Below, in pieces: positions 28,708-38,566 of a DNA stretch of 63,073 bases. The notes beneath the pieces were generated by a model that saw nothing but the letters and a program-made list of their open reading frames with translations, was not told where the DNA came from and did not search any database. Origin of the DNA: Dehalococcoidia bacterium (GTDB lineage Bacteria > Chloroflexota > Dehalococcoidia > DSTF01 > RBG-16-68-14); contig JBBEBM010000070.1 of assembly GCA_040882355.1 (NCBI GenBank), forward strand, positions 1-63,073, given 5' to 3'. The translations under genes and the position numbers were made by a program. The stretch's first letter is position 1; each line of letters starts with the position of its first letter.

Positions 28708-30285
28708 ATGGCATCTATCCGCAGGCTGACGGACCTGTCCGCTCTCGCGTCCTTAGCTCTCTCACCGCAGGAAGCTGTCTATCGCGCGCTTCCCTTGCTC
28801 AAGGAGGGCCTGGGCGCGGCTGAGGTGTTCTTGGTGTATGGCGCGGACGGCACGTTCCGTTGCTTCGGCAGCTCGTCCGACTTCGGCCTGAGCGACGTCG
28901 CCATCTGGCTCGTCAACCGTGACCTCATCTCTCGCGGCGGCCCCGTAGCCTTCGACGAGCATGACGGGCGCGTTGAGGGCTTTCGAGCCGCCACAACGCG
29001 CGTTCACTGTGACCATCTGGCCGCCCTCATCCCTATGCCTGGCAACGCGGGCGAGATGCTCATCGCGCGAGGTTCCTGGCCTCGTGGACCCAGCGCCTCG
29101 CAGAACACGTTCCTCGCCGCAGCCCTGCCCACGCTCGCGCTGTTGCTCCAGAGACAGCTTGACACAGCGCGCGCCGAACGTCAGCGCAACCAACTGAGCG
29201 CGCTCGCCAACATCACGCGCGTCGTATCCGACTCCGACGACCTGGACACCGTCCTTACCAGCATCGCCGCCACGATCGCGACCGTCGCGGGTATCGACTA
29301 CGTCTCGATTGACATCGTGAATCCCAACGGGACTGTCGCGCTACGCTGCACCAATCTCCGGCGGCCCGGGTCGGAGGGACTAGAGGAACGGTGGAAGCGA
29401 GGCGCCACCCGGCCGGACGCCGTGCGCGATCTCGTCCTCCAGACGCATCGAGCCGTCGCGTTCTCGGACGCGCAGAACGATGAGCGCGTGCCGGAGGGCG
29501 GACGCCGGTTCTTCGTTCAGACGTTGATCCACTCCACGGCCGTCTTCCCGCTGCTCGCCAAGGACGAGGCACTGGGCGTCCTCTCGGTGGCGTCGCACCG
29601 CCCGTTGGAGTTCGCCTCGCCGGAGATGGACTTCTACGAAGGCCTCGCCGCTCAGGTAGCGGCGGCGGTCCAGGGGATCCGTCTCTATCACGAGCTGGCC
29701 GACTCGCGCGAGCAGCTCCAGCGCCTGAACGACGAGCTGCACGAGCGCATGAGCATTCAACACCACCTGGCGCGAACCGATCCGCTCACGGGCATCCCAA
29801 ATCGCCGCTTCATCGACGAGACGGTCGACGCGGAGTGCAGCCGCGCCCTGCGCTACGGCCAGACGCTCAGCCTGGTGCTCGCCGACCTCGACCACTTCAA
29901 GCACATCAACGATGCCTTCGGTCATGCCGCCGGCGACGACTCGCTGCGCTTCGTCGCGCGACTCGCCCGCGAGACGTGCCGGCGCATCGACATCGTCGGT
30001 CGCTATGGCGGCGATGAGTTCATCTTCGTCCTGCCTGCCACGCCCCTCGACGAAGCGGCAGCATTCGCGGACCGCTTTCGTGAAGGGCTCGCCGCCTCAT
30101 CGCTTCCCTTCGGCGCGAGCGATCCAGTGTTCCTCACAGTGAGCGTGGGCGTCGCTGAATGGGATGGCGCGACGATGGACGGGCCGAAGCTCCTGGTCTC
30201 ACATGCCGACAGCGCGATGTACCAGGCGAAGGCGTCGGGACGGAACCGAACGACGCTCGCTAACGGCGCGCGCAACGTGGCCTAG
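28708..30285 (+). CDS. GAF-sensor diguanylate cyclase
   Basis: TDPLTG, DLDHFK.IND.FGH..GD, RYGGDEF with RxxD I-site (RRID); GAF domain upstream. Confidence 0.93.
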   Translation: MASIRRLTDLSALASLALSPQEAVYRALPLLKEGLGAAEVFLVYGADGTFRCFGSSSDFGLSDVAIWLVNRDLISRGGPVAFDEHDGRVEGFRAATTRVHCDHLAALIPMPGNAGEMLIARGSWPRGPSASQNTFLAAALPTLALLLQRQLDTARAERQRNQLSALANITRVVSDSDDLDTVLTSIAATIATVAGIDYVSIDIVNPNGTVALRCTNLRRPGSEGLEERWKRGATRPDAVRDLVLQTHRAVAFSDAQNDERVPEGGRRFFVQTLIHSTAVFPLLAKDEALGVLSVASHRPLEFASPEMDFYEGLAAQVAAAVQGIRLYHELADSREQLQRLNDELHERMSIQHHLARTDPLTGIPNRRFIDETVDAECSRALRYGQTLSLVLADLDHFKHINDAFGHAAGDDSLRFVARLARETCRRIDIVGRYGGDEFIFVLPATPLDEAAAFADRFREGLAASSLPFGASDPVFLTVSVGVAEWDGATMDGPKLLVSHADSAMYQAKASGRNRTTLANGARNVA

Positions 30286-30345
30286 CTCTTCCTAGCTGAA
30301 GAAGGCCATCCGTGATCCTGATCCTGAATCTGATCGAGGTGCGCT

Positions 30346-30543
30346 TTGGCGCTCTATGTGCTCCGCTATGCCGTGCTGCTCTGGCGCGATCCGTCTATGC
30401 TCTACCGCTTGGACCCACTTAGCCGCCAAACGTGGGGATGGATTGAGGGCCGGAAGCAACTGAAGCCCATCGCTCGCATGACGAGCATCGTAGGGTTTGC
30501 GCTCTTTGCGGCGATGGCCTACCTTACCGCGCTGTCCTGGTGA
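30346..30543 (+). CDS. Small membrane protein (5' end possibly frameshifted, from GTG 30312)
   Basis: Two hydrophobic segments in 65 aa. Confidence 0.45.
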   Translation: MALYVLRYAVLLWRDPSMLYRLDPLSRQTWGWIEGRKQLKPIARMTSIVGFALFAAMAYLTALSW

Positions 30544-31283
30544 GCGAGCTCCAACGCCACAAGGTTGATATCGCCAAACATGCGGTCTTGCTCCGCTCGC
30601 AGCTCGAGCGACTTGATCAGCTCCAGCACGGCCATCAGTGACACGATCACCTCGACGCGCGACCGGCATGCCGAGATCCAGCGCCGGAAGCTGACCCGCC
30701 GCCGCTGACGGAGCTCGTCACCCAGCTCACGCACCTTCTGTTCCACGGTGACCTCGTGCCGCTCGACGACGCCCTCCTCCTCGCTCTCCTCGTCCGGCGT
30801 GCGTTCGAGCGTCTCCTGAAAGATGCTCAGCAGCAGGTCGAGCGTGACGCCGTCGAGGCCGGTAGGTAACGGCAGGTCGGTGGGTGGCGCCAGGCGAGGG
30901 TAGGCACGCAGGCCCTGCAGCTCGATCTCCTGTAGCGTGGCGGCGACCTCCTTGAAGCGACGGTACTCGCGCAGGCGCTGCACCAGGTCTTCGGCGACAT
31001 CGTCCTCTTCTTCCTCGTCGAGATGGGGCTTGGGCAGCAGGGCGCGCGACTTGAGCAGGAGCAGCCGGGCACCGATCGAGATGAACTCCGCGAGCGCCGT
31101 GGCATCGATCTGCTCGCCGCGGCGCAGGAACGAGAGGTACTGGTCGGTGACCTGAACGAGGGAGACGGCGGTGATGTCCAGCTCCTGGCGTTCGATCAGG
31201 TAGAGGAGCAGGTCGAGCGGCCCTTCGAACACGGAGAGCTTCAGCTCGAAGGCGCTGGTGCTGGGGTCAGTCCCGAAGCTCAT
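30519..31283 (-). CDS. scpA: Segregation and condensation protein A
   Basis: FEGPLDLLLYLI, KSRALLP, LAVLEL-like motif. Confidence 0.93.
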   Translation of the reverse strand: MSFGTDPSTSAFELKLSVFEGPLDLLLYLIERQELDITAVSLVQVTDQYLSFLRRGEQIDATALAEFISIGARLLLLKSRALLPKPHLDEEEEDDVAEDLVQRLREYRRFKEVAATLQEIELQGLRAYPRLAPPTDLPLPTGLDGVTLDLLLSIFQETLERTPDEESEEEGVVERHEVTVEQKVRELGDELRQRRRVSFRRWISACRSRVEVIVSLMAVLELIKSLELRAEQDRMFGDINLVALELAHQDSAVR

Positions 31284-31348
31284 GCAGCATCCATTCTGGG
31301 CGCAGCATAACAGACTACACGCGAAGGGGGCAGCCGAACGGCTGCCCC

Positions 31349-31358
31349 NNNNNNNNNN
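31349..31358. other. Assembly gap (10 N)
   Basis: Run of n in the sequence. Confidence 1.
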
Positions 31359-31396
31359 CTACGGGGGCCCCCCTTCGCGTGCGTTCGAACGACCGG

Positions 31397-32434
31397 CTAC
31401 GCTGGCGCTGCCGCGGCCGACAGCAGCGGCCGGCCCACCGCCTGGGCGACTACCGATCCCTGCTCCATGAGCTGGCGGAAGCTCTCGAAGTTGAGGGACT
31501 GGGCGCCGTCCGACAGCGCGTGGGCCGGGTTGGGATGCACCTCCACGATCACCGCGTCGGCGCCCGCCGCGATGCACCCCAGCGCTACCGGGATGACCAG
31601 AGACCACTTGCCGGTGCCGTGACTCGGATCGGCCACGACGGGCAGATGGCTGATCTGCTTGACGAGGGGGATGGCGTTGATGTCGACCGTGTTGCGTGTC
31701 GCCGTCTCAAAGGTGCGGATGCCGCGCTCGCAGAGCATCACGTTGTGGTTGCCTGTGTTGAGCACGTACTCGGCCGCCAGCAGCCAGTCCTCGATAGTAG
31801 ACGCGAGGCCACGCTTCAGGATCACCGGCTTACCGGCCTTCCCAACCTCCTCCAGCAGGATGAAATTCTGGGCGTTGCGGGTGCCGATCTGGAGGACGTC
31901 CACGTACTTCGCCACGACATCCACGTCGCGCACTGACATCACCTCTGTGGAGACGGGCAGTCCTGTCTCCTCCCGCGCCTGCGCGAGCAGCTTCAGGCCT
32001 TCCTCTTCGAGGCCGCGGAAGCTGTAAGGCGACGTGCGCGGCTTGAACGCCCCGCCCCGCAGGAGGTTAGCGCCCATCTCCTTCACCGCCCGGGCCGTCG
32101 TCATGAGCTGGTCTTCGCTCTCCACGGCGCAGGGCCCGGCGATGACGGCGGTCCTGCCGCCGCCGATCGTGGTCGGGCCGATCTGAATGATGGTGTCCTC
32201 CGGGTGCAGCTCCCGGCTGGCCAGCTTATACGGAACGCTGATCGGCACCGTGTCTTCGACGCCAGTCATGGTCTCCAATTCGTCGCGCAGCTCGGGGTAG
32301 ATGCGCCCGATCACGCCGATCACCGTGCGCTCTACGCCGACGATCGGATGGGCCTTCAGGCCTATCTCATCTAAACGCTGTACGACGCCATCGTATTCAT
32401 CTTGGGTGTAACCCTTCTTCATGATGATCATCAT
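31397..32434 (-). CDS. aroF: DAHP synthase type I-beta with N-terminal regulatory domain
   Basis: IAGPCAVES, GGAFKPRTSPYSF, LCERGIRTFE, DPSHGTG; ATGA overlap with aroH. Confidence 0.95.
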   Translation of the reverse strand: MMIIMKKGYTQDEYDGVVQRLDEIGLKAHPIVGVERTVIGVIGRIYPELRDELETMTGVEDTVPISVPYKLASRELHPEDTIIQIGPTTIGGGRTAVIAGPCAVESEDQLMTTARAVKEMGANLLRGGAFKPRTSPYSFRGLEEEGLKLLAQAREETGLPVSTEVMSVRDVDVVAKYVDVLQIGTRNAQNFILLEEVGKAGKPVILKRGLASTIEDWLLAAEYVLNTGNHNVMLCERGIRTFETATRNTVDINAIPLVKQISHLPVVADPSHGTGKWSLVIPVALGCIAAGADAVIVEVHPNPAHALSDGAQSLNFESFRQLMEQGSVVAQAVGRPLLSAAAAPA

Positions 32435-32835
32435 GGCGTGTTCGCCTCCGAACGTTGGTCTCCTCCGTGATTCAGGTCTGGGCGGAGCTTGCGGGCACCG
32501 CGCAGATAGACGTGCTGTAACTCGCGCGCTTCCCGCTCCGTGTTGACAAGGAGGAGAATGCGCAGACACCGCTGCATGCTACCGGGAACGTCCATCTCGT
32601 GCGCGCAGAGCAGGGCCACGTAGTCCCAGCCCAGCCTGTCCCGCGCCGCCAGGGCGGGAAACTCCGCGTTCAGGTCGCGTGTGGTCGTGAAGAAGGCGCT
32701 GGCCACGTCCTCCACCTGGAGGGCGTTGGCCCGAAGCATCTCGGTCAGGAGTTCCGTTGTGGCTTCGAGGATCTCCTCCGCATCGTTCGCCTCAACGGTG
32801 ATCGCGCCTCGGATCCCTCGACACCGCATGCCCAT
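32431..32835 (-). CDS. aroH: Chorismate mutase, AroH class
   Basis: RGIRGAITV, FPALAAR, EMDVPG, HVYLRGARKLRPD. Confidence 0.93.
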   Translation of the reverse strand: MGMRCRGIRGAITVEANDAEEILEATTELLTEMLRANALQVEDVASAFFTTTRDLNAEFPALAARDRLGWDYVALLCAHEMDVPGSMQRCLRILLLVNTEREARELQHVYLRGARKLRPDLNHGGDQRSEANTP

Positions 32836-32954
32836 ACCGGCCGCGCTCCCCTCGCGCACGTTCCCGGACCCGGCCTTAGCGCCCAAAAGCGCCGGCCAGG
32901 AGGCCAAGGACATAGACGCCGGCCTGGGATGCGGACCCGGGCCTCTTCAAAGCG

Positions 32955-33764
32955 CTAGACCCTGGCCTGCCTACGGCCGGTGAGCACCTCCACATACTCC
33001 TGTACCTTCTTCTCCTTTTGTCCACGAGGCGCTGCCTCGATGGCATCGATAATCGCGCTGCCCACGATTGCAGCATCGGCCTGGCCTCGCAGCGCCTCCA
33101 CATGCTCCCTGCGGGAGATGCCGAAGCCGACGGCCAGCGGCAGTTCCGTCCGGCTGCGCACCCGCTGCAGAAACGCGCCCAGCTCAGCCGGCAGGGCTTC
33201 GCGGGCGCCGGTCGTTCCGGCAACGCTCACGCAGTAGACGAAGCCTGATGCGAGGCCTACGGCTCGCCCGATACGCTCGTCCGTCGAAGTCGGCGCGAGA
33301 AGCGGGATCAGATCGAGCCCGGCGGCCCTGCACTGGGCCACGAGTTCGCCCGCCTCCTCCGGCGGCACGTCGACCGGGATCAAGCCGTCGATCCCAGCCG
33401 CGACAGCGTCGCGAATGAAGCCATCCCGCCCGTAGGCGAGAATTGGATTGTAGTATGTCATAACGACAAGGGGGATGACAACCCCCTCGTTCCGTATCTG
33501 CTTCACGAGCGCCAGGAAGCGCGTGGTGGTCATTCCTCGCTGGAGCGCCTGGAAGCTGGCGCGCTGAACGCTGACGCCGTCAGCGAGCGGGTCCGAGAAG
33601 GGGAGCCCGAGCTCGATCGCATCAGCGCCGCCAGCGACAAGCGCGCGCACCAGACCGGGCGTTGCCTCCGCATCCGGGAAGCCGGCCGTCAGGAAGGCGA
33701 CGAGGCCCACACGGCCTTCGGCTCGGGCGCGTAGCAGCGCCTGGGTGATCCGGCTCCCGCTCAT
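32955..33764 (-). CDS. trpA: Tryptophan synthase alpha subunit
   Basis: ELGLPFSDPLADG, MTYYNP, GFVYCVS..GTTG, GFGIS. Confidence 0.96.
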   Translation of the reverse strand: MSGSRITQALLRARAEGRVGLVAFLTAGFPDAEATPGLVRALVAGGADAIELGLPFSDPLADGVSVQRASFQALQRGMTTTRFLALVKQIRNEGVVIPLVVMTYYNPILAYGRDGFIRDAVAAGIDGLIPVDVPPEEAGELVAQCRAAGLDLIPLLAPTSTDERIGRAVGLASGFVYCVSVAGTTGAREALPAELGAFLQRVRSRTELPLAVGFGISRREHVEALRGQADAAIVGSAIIDAIEAAPRGQKEKKVQEYVEVLTGRRQARV

Positions 33765-34897
33765 CCCGAACCCCCGCTGGCCACGAGCGCTGTGAAGGCG
33801 ACCGCGTTGATCAGGAAGTGCGTGCCAATGCTCACCCAGAGCGATCCCGTGCGCGCGTAGAGCAGCGCCAGGAAGACGCCGATCCCGCCCAGCGGAATGA
33901 CGAGGCCCAGCGTATCGACGCTGGTGATGTGCACCGCGCCGAAGAAGAGCCCGCTCGCCAGCGCGGCTCCCCAAACGCCCAACCGGCCGATCAGCCCCGG
34001 GAAGATGAACCCGCGAAAGAAGATCTCCTCGGCGATGGGCGCCGTGATCAGCGTGAAGAAGCCGATCAGGGGCAACAGCACGCGCGTATCGAACAGGTCG
34101 TCCAGCTCCTGGTCCGGCGCCAACCACTCGAGTCCCATCGCTCGCATGGCCACACTGTAGATCCCGTTAACGACGAACACGCCGAGCGCTGCGACAGGAG
34201 GCAGCCACCAGAACCGGCCGGGCGGCCGAAACCCGAACGATTCCCAGGTGAAGTGGTATCGCCGAACGATAATGAGGTAGACCAGTCCAACAAGCACGAC
34301 GTCGAACACGATTGTGCCGATCACGCCCGCGGCGATGATCGACGTCCCCTCCTCTTCGCCGGTGAAGGCGATCGCACCGCCGACGAAGAGGGAGCCGATG
34401 ACAATCAGCGATAGACCGCTCAGCCCGAACCCGATCAGCACATCGCGGAGACCCCAGCCGCGCCCGCTGAGGACGTCTGACCGCGTGATCCCCGACGGCA
34501 CGGCGACCGAGGCGTCGAACGGGGCCACCGCGCTGCCTTGCCAGGGCTGGTGCTCTACGACTTGCGGCTGCGCGAGTCCTTCGGCCGGAGATGGGCCGCT
34601 CCCCCGGAACGCGCTGAGCCGGTCGAACTCCTCGTCGTACAGGCGGCGGAGAGCGGCGTCGCCGAGCACGCGGTACGCCTGCATGAGCGACTCGAACTCC
34701 TCATCCGCCCGCCGGCGCACGTCGGGCGGCGCGTCGGCGTACGATGCGGGGTCGATCTGGCGGGCCCGCTCCTCGTACGCGCGCCGGACGATGTCCGGCG
34801 AAGCGCCCCGCGCGATGCCGAGCAGGGCGTAGTAGTCGCGCCAGTGGCCTCGCCACGGCTCGCCCTGCTGTTCGGTCGCTTCCCCGGACGTGGTCAC
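33761..34897 (-). CDS. J-like domain fused to CPBP (CAAX) intramembrane protease
   Basis: N-terminal DYYALLGI..AY..L.D..R..YD J-domain pattern; C-terminal EEIFFRG, FGAVH, H..IN motifs. Confidence 0.85.
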   Translation of the reverse strand: MTTSGEATEQQGEPWRGHWRDYYALLGIARGASPDIVRRAYEERARQIDPASYADAPPDVRRRADEEFESLMQAYRVLGDAALRRLYDEEFDRLSAFRGSGPSPAEGLAQPQVVEHQPWQGSAVAPFDASVAVPSGITRSDVLSGRGWGLRDVLIGFGLSGLSLIVIGSLFVGGAIAFTGEEEGTSIIAAGVIGTIVFDVVLVGLVYLIIVRRYHFTWESFGFRPPGRFWWLPPVAALGVFVVNGIYSVAMRAMGLEWLAPDQELDDLFDTRVLLPLIGFFTLITAPIAEEIFFRGFIFPGLIGRLGVWGAALASGLFFGAVHITSVDTLGLVIPLGGIGVFLALLYARTGSLWVSIGTHFLINAVAFTALVASGGSG

Positions 34898-35000
34898 ACG
34901 GCCCCCTCTGGCGCGGCATGATAGCGCCGTACGCGGCTCACAGGGTCATTGTCGCCTATTGGGCAGGGATGAGGCCAATGAGGGAGACTCCGAGCCGCCG

Positions 35001-35870
35001 CTACGTACCGACCAGGAACTCGCGGGTGACCTCGATGAAGCGGTCGAGCTGGTCGTGGTGCACCCAGTGGCCCGCGTCCTCGATCACGACGTAACGGTAG
35101 TTGTGGAAGGCGCTGGCCCTGCTGTCTTTCTCTGGATCGCTCATCCAGCTTTCGGTGCCACGAATGAGCAGGACGGGGCAGCGGATCTGGTTCCAGATGT
35201 CGCGCGCATCGGTAACGTTGAACTCGTACGGGGAGTGCATCCTCACGAAGTTGTCGAACTTCCAGCTATACGTGCCGTCCTCGTTCTGGCGCGCGCCGTG
35301 GACGGTGAGGTGCCGCGCCATCTCGGACGTCAGGTGGGGGTTCTCCTCCTCCATGCGCTTGACTGCGTCATCGATCGAGGCGTACCGGCGCGGTTGGCGG
35401 CGCTCCAGGTCGCGCACGTGGTCGATCCAGTCCTTCATGCGAACGTGCGCCGGGCGTGGCGGCATGGCAGGCGGACCCAGCCCTTCGATCGAGACGACCT
35501 GCTCGACGCGGTCGGGGAAGACGCCCGTGAACTGCAGCGCGACGGCGCCGCCCAGCGAGTGGCCGATGATGGTGAGCGGGTCGCGGTCGATCACGTCCGC
35601 GAGCGCGGCGATGTCCGCCACGAAGTCCGGCATGCTGTACTGCCCGCCGATCGCCCAGGCGCTATCGCCGTGGCCCCGCAGGTCCGGCGCATACATGCAG
35701 TAGAGGTCGCCCAGCCGCTCAGCGACGAGGTCCCAGTTGCGGGCGTGGTCGCGGCCGCCGTGGATCAGCAGCGCGGGCGGCTTCGACTCGTCGCCCCAGA
35801 CAGCGTAGTGCAGCTTTATGCGCTGGGAGGTGTGATAACGAGACTCCGGTTCGATGGCGGTCCTCCTCAT
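35001..35870 (-). CDS. Alpha/beta hydrolase
   Basis: HGG, DLRGHGDS, GHSLGG, AGHWVHHD; start ATG 35870 or ATC 35855. Confidence 0.92.
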   Translation of the reverse strand: MRRTAIEPESRYHTSQRIKLHYAVWGDESKPPALLIHGGRDHARNWDLVAERLGDLYCMYAPDLRGHGDSAWAIGGQYSMPDFVADIAALADVIDRDPLTIIGHSLGGAVALQFTGVFPDRVEQVVSIEGLGPPAMPPRPAHVRMKDWIDHVRDLERRQPRRYASIDDAVKRMEEENPHLTSEMARHLTVHGARQNEDGTYSWKFDNFVRMHSPYEFNVTDARDIWNQIRCPVLLIRGTESWMSDPEKDSRASAFHNYRYVVIEDAGHWVHHDQLDRFIEVTREFLVGT

Positions 35871-35884
35871 CGTTAGGTGGCCCG

Positions 35885-36777
35885 CTAGGCGGGCTCTTCA
35901 TTTTCGCCCAGCAGGAAGCTTCGCACCACTTTCAGGAACGCCTCGGGATGGTCGTGGTGGACCCAATGGCCCGCGCCTTCGATGACCGCCCAGCGGTAGT
36001 CTTGAAACAGGCCCTTTGCTCCGCCGTCGTCGTCTCCTGATCCGCGCCACGCTCCGTCCCGCGGATCAGGAGCACTGGACAGCGGATCCGGTACCAGATC
36101 TCGCGCGCATCCTCGATCCTGAACTCGCGCGGCGAGAACACGCGCAAGAATGGATCGAACTTCCAGCTATAGCTGCCGTCTTCGTTCGCCCGGGTCCCAT
36201 GCAGGGCCAAGTGCTGGGCGGTCTCGGCCGCCAGGCGAGGGTTCTCCTCCAACATGCGAGCGGTCGCCGCTTCGACGGAGGGATAGCGGCGCGGCGCCCG
36301 ACGCTCAGCCTTTTGAACGTGGTCGACCCACGTTAGGATGCGCTCGTAGCCGGCGCGCCCGGGCATCGGTGGCGGCCCGAGCAGCTCGATTGAGACGACC
36401 TTCTCCACCCGCTCCGGGTAGACGCCAGCGTAATGCAGCGCGACGCCGCCGCCCAGCGAGTGGCCGATCAGCGTGAGCGGCGCGCGGCCGATCACCTCGA
36501 CAAGCCCGGCCATGTCCAGGACGAACTCCGGCATGAAGTCCGGCAGGCTGTACTGTCCGCCGGCGGGCCAGTCGCTATCGCCGTGGCCGCGCAGGTCGGG
36601 CGCGTAGACGCAGTAGCGGTCGAGCAGAGCCTGCGCCACGCCATCCCAGCTCCTGGCGTGGTCCCGGGTGCCGTGGACTAGCACCAACGGCGGCTTCGAC
36701 TCGTCGCCCCAGACGGCGTAGTGCAGCTTCAACCGCTGTGAGGTGTAGAAGCGAGACTCAGGCTCGATGGTGGGCAT
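35885..36777 (-). pseudogene. Alpha/beta hydrolase paralog with a 1-bp frameshift near 36051
   Basis: N-terminal part matches the neighbour to IRGTE; the C-terminus (IEGAGHWVHHD...EEPA*) is in another frame, ending at 35885. Confidence 0.8.
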
Positions 36778-36840
36778 ACGGTCGACGCCATTGAAGCATG
36801 GGCCGTGCTGCGAAGAAATGGGAAGGAACTGGGCGACCAT

Positions 36841-37308
36841 TCAGCGATCGGCGAGCTGCGGCCATGGTGGCCCTCCATTCTCGCAGGCAGCACGAACGGA
36901 CGAGACGAACGACCTGGAGCGTTGGCTGCCTGGCTGAACCAGTGGTTCCTCGGGGGTGTCCACCACGTAGAACTCGGCAAGGGTGTCTCGAGCGCTTATC
37001 TGCGAAGGGTTCGTGACTTCTGGAGAAGATCGCACGTACACGTAGTACACGCCACTGTCTTCAGTGGCGATGAGCTCTGCCTTCACTTGATCATGCGCCT
37101 CCGGGCACAGGTGCTCTGCTACCGCATCTTCAGCAACAGCGAAGAACGCCTCCGGGTCGTCGTAGAGGAAAACGACCCAGAGGAGCAGTGCGGCTACAAT
37201 CACCGAGCCAGCAAAGATAGCTAACCCCAGACCCGCAGCTACCCACAAGGCCAGACCCGCAGTGAACCTCGCGGTGATAATCGCGATGCGATTCAGCCAG
37301 CGCCACAT
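36841..37308 (-). CDS. Hypothetical membrane-anchored protein
   Basis: SD GAGGAG; N-terminal hydrophobic segment. Confidence 0.65.
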   Translation of the reverse strand: MWRWLNRIAIITARFTAGLALWVAAGLGLAIFAGSVIVAALLLWVVFLYDDPEAFFAVAEDAVAEHLCPEAHDQVKAELIATEDSGVYYVYVRSSPEVTNPSQISARDTLAEFYVVDTPEEPLVQPGSQRSRSFVSSVRAACENGGPPWPQLADR

Positions 37309-37330
37309 ACCGCTCCTCAGCTCTTCGTGA

Positions 37331-38566
37331 CTACGTCAGCTGAACGCCCAGCGCCTTCGCGACGGTGTCCATATCTTTGTCGCCACGGCCGGAGAGTCCG
37401 AGCAAGACGACCGTGTCCTGCGGCAGCTCCTGAACGAGCCTCGACAGGTGAGCGAGCGCATGCGACGGCTCCAGCGCGGGAATGATCCCCTCGGTCTCAC
37501 TCAGCAGGCGGAAGGCATCAAGCGCCTCCGTGTCCGTCGCCGAGACGTACTCGGCGCGGCCGCTCGCCTTATAAAACGAGTGCTCGGGCCCCACGCCCGG
37601 GTAGTCGAGACCCGCCGAGATGCTGTGGGTCTCGATCACCTGGCCCGCCTCGTCCTGGATCAGGTACGAGTACGAGCCGTGGAGCACGCCCGGCCGCCCG
37701 GCGCTCAGGGTCGCCGCGTGGTGGCCGGTGGCGACGCCTTCGCCTGCCGCCTCGACACCGATGAAGCGCACCGACGTGTCTTCGTAGAACGGGTGGAACA
37801 GCCCGATGGCGTTCGAGCCGCCCCCGACGCAGGCGACGGCGTAGTCCGGCAGCCGGCCTTCGACGGCGAGTATCTGCTCGCGTGCCTCGTTGCCGATCAC
37901 CGACTGGAACTCGCGCACCATGAGCGGGTAAGGGTGCGGCCCCACGGCGCTGCCCAACAGGTAGAACGTCGTCACGACGTTCGTCACCCAGTCGCGGATC
38001 GCCTCGTTGATAGCGTCCTTCAGCGTCTTGCTGCCCGCCTCGACGACACGCACCTCAGCGCCCAGCAGCTTCATACGAAAGACGTTGAGCGCCTGGCGTT
38101 GCACGTCCTCGGCGCCCATGTAGACGACGCACTCCTGGCCGAGCATCGCGCACACTGTCGCCGTCGCGACGCCGTGCTGGCCCGCGCCCGTCTCGGCGAT
38201 CACGCGCTGCTTGCCCAGCCGCCGCGCGAGCAATCCCTGTCCCACCGCGTTGTTGATCTTGTGAGCGCCCGTGTGGGCCATGTCCTCGCGCTTCAGGTAG
38301 ATGCGCACGTTCGGCCGGCCATCGTCCGTCGTGCCCGAGAGGTGCTTCGAGAGGTTTTCGGCGAGATAAAGCGGCGTCGGCCGCCCGACGAAGTCGCGCA
38401 GCAGCGCGTCTAGCTCCGCCCGGAACGACGCGTCGGCCTGCGCCTCGGCGAACGCGTCTTCCAGCTCGGTTAGCGCGGACATCAGCGTTTCCGGCACGAA
38501 CCGCCCGCCGAAGTCGCCGAAGCGGCCGCGCGCGTCAGGGAGGGCGGGCGACGCATTCGTTGTCAT
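37331..38566 (-). CDS. trpB: Tryptophan synthase beta subunit (TrpB1)
   Basis: [43 protein letters not shown]. Confidence 0.97.
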   Translation of the reverse strand: MTTNASPALPDARGRFGDFGGRFVPETLMSALTELEDAFAEAQADASFRAELDALLRDFVGRPTPLYLAENLSKHLSGTTDDGRPNVRIYLKREDMAHTGAHKINNAVGQGLLARRLGKQRVIAETGAGQHGVATATVCAMLGQECVVYMGAEDVQRQALNVFRMKLLGAEVRVVEAGSKTLKDAINEAIRDWVTNVVTTFYLLGSAVGPHPYPLMVREFQSVIGNEAREQILAVEGRLPDYAVACVGGGSNAIGLFHPFYEDTSVRFIGVEAAGEGVATGHHAATLSAGRPGVLHGSYSYLIQDEAGQVIETHSISAGLDYPGVGPEHSFYKASGRAEYVSATDTEALDAFRLLSETEGIIPALEPSHALAHLSRLVQELPQDTVVLLGLSGRGDKDMDTVAKALGVQLT

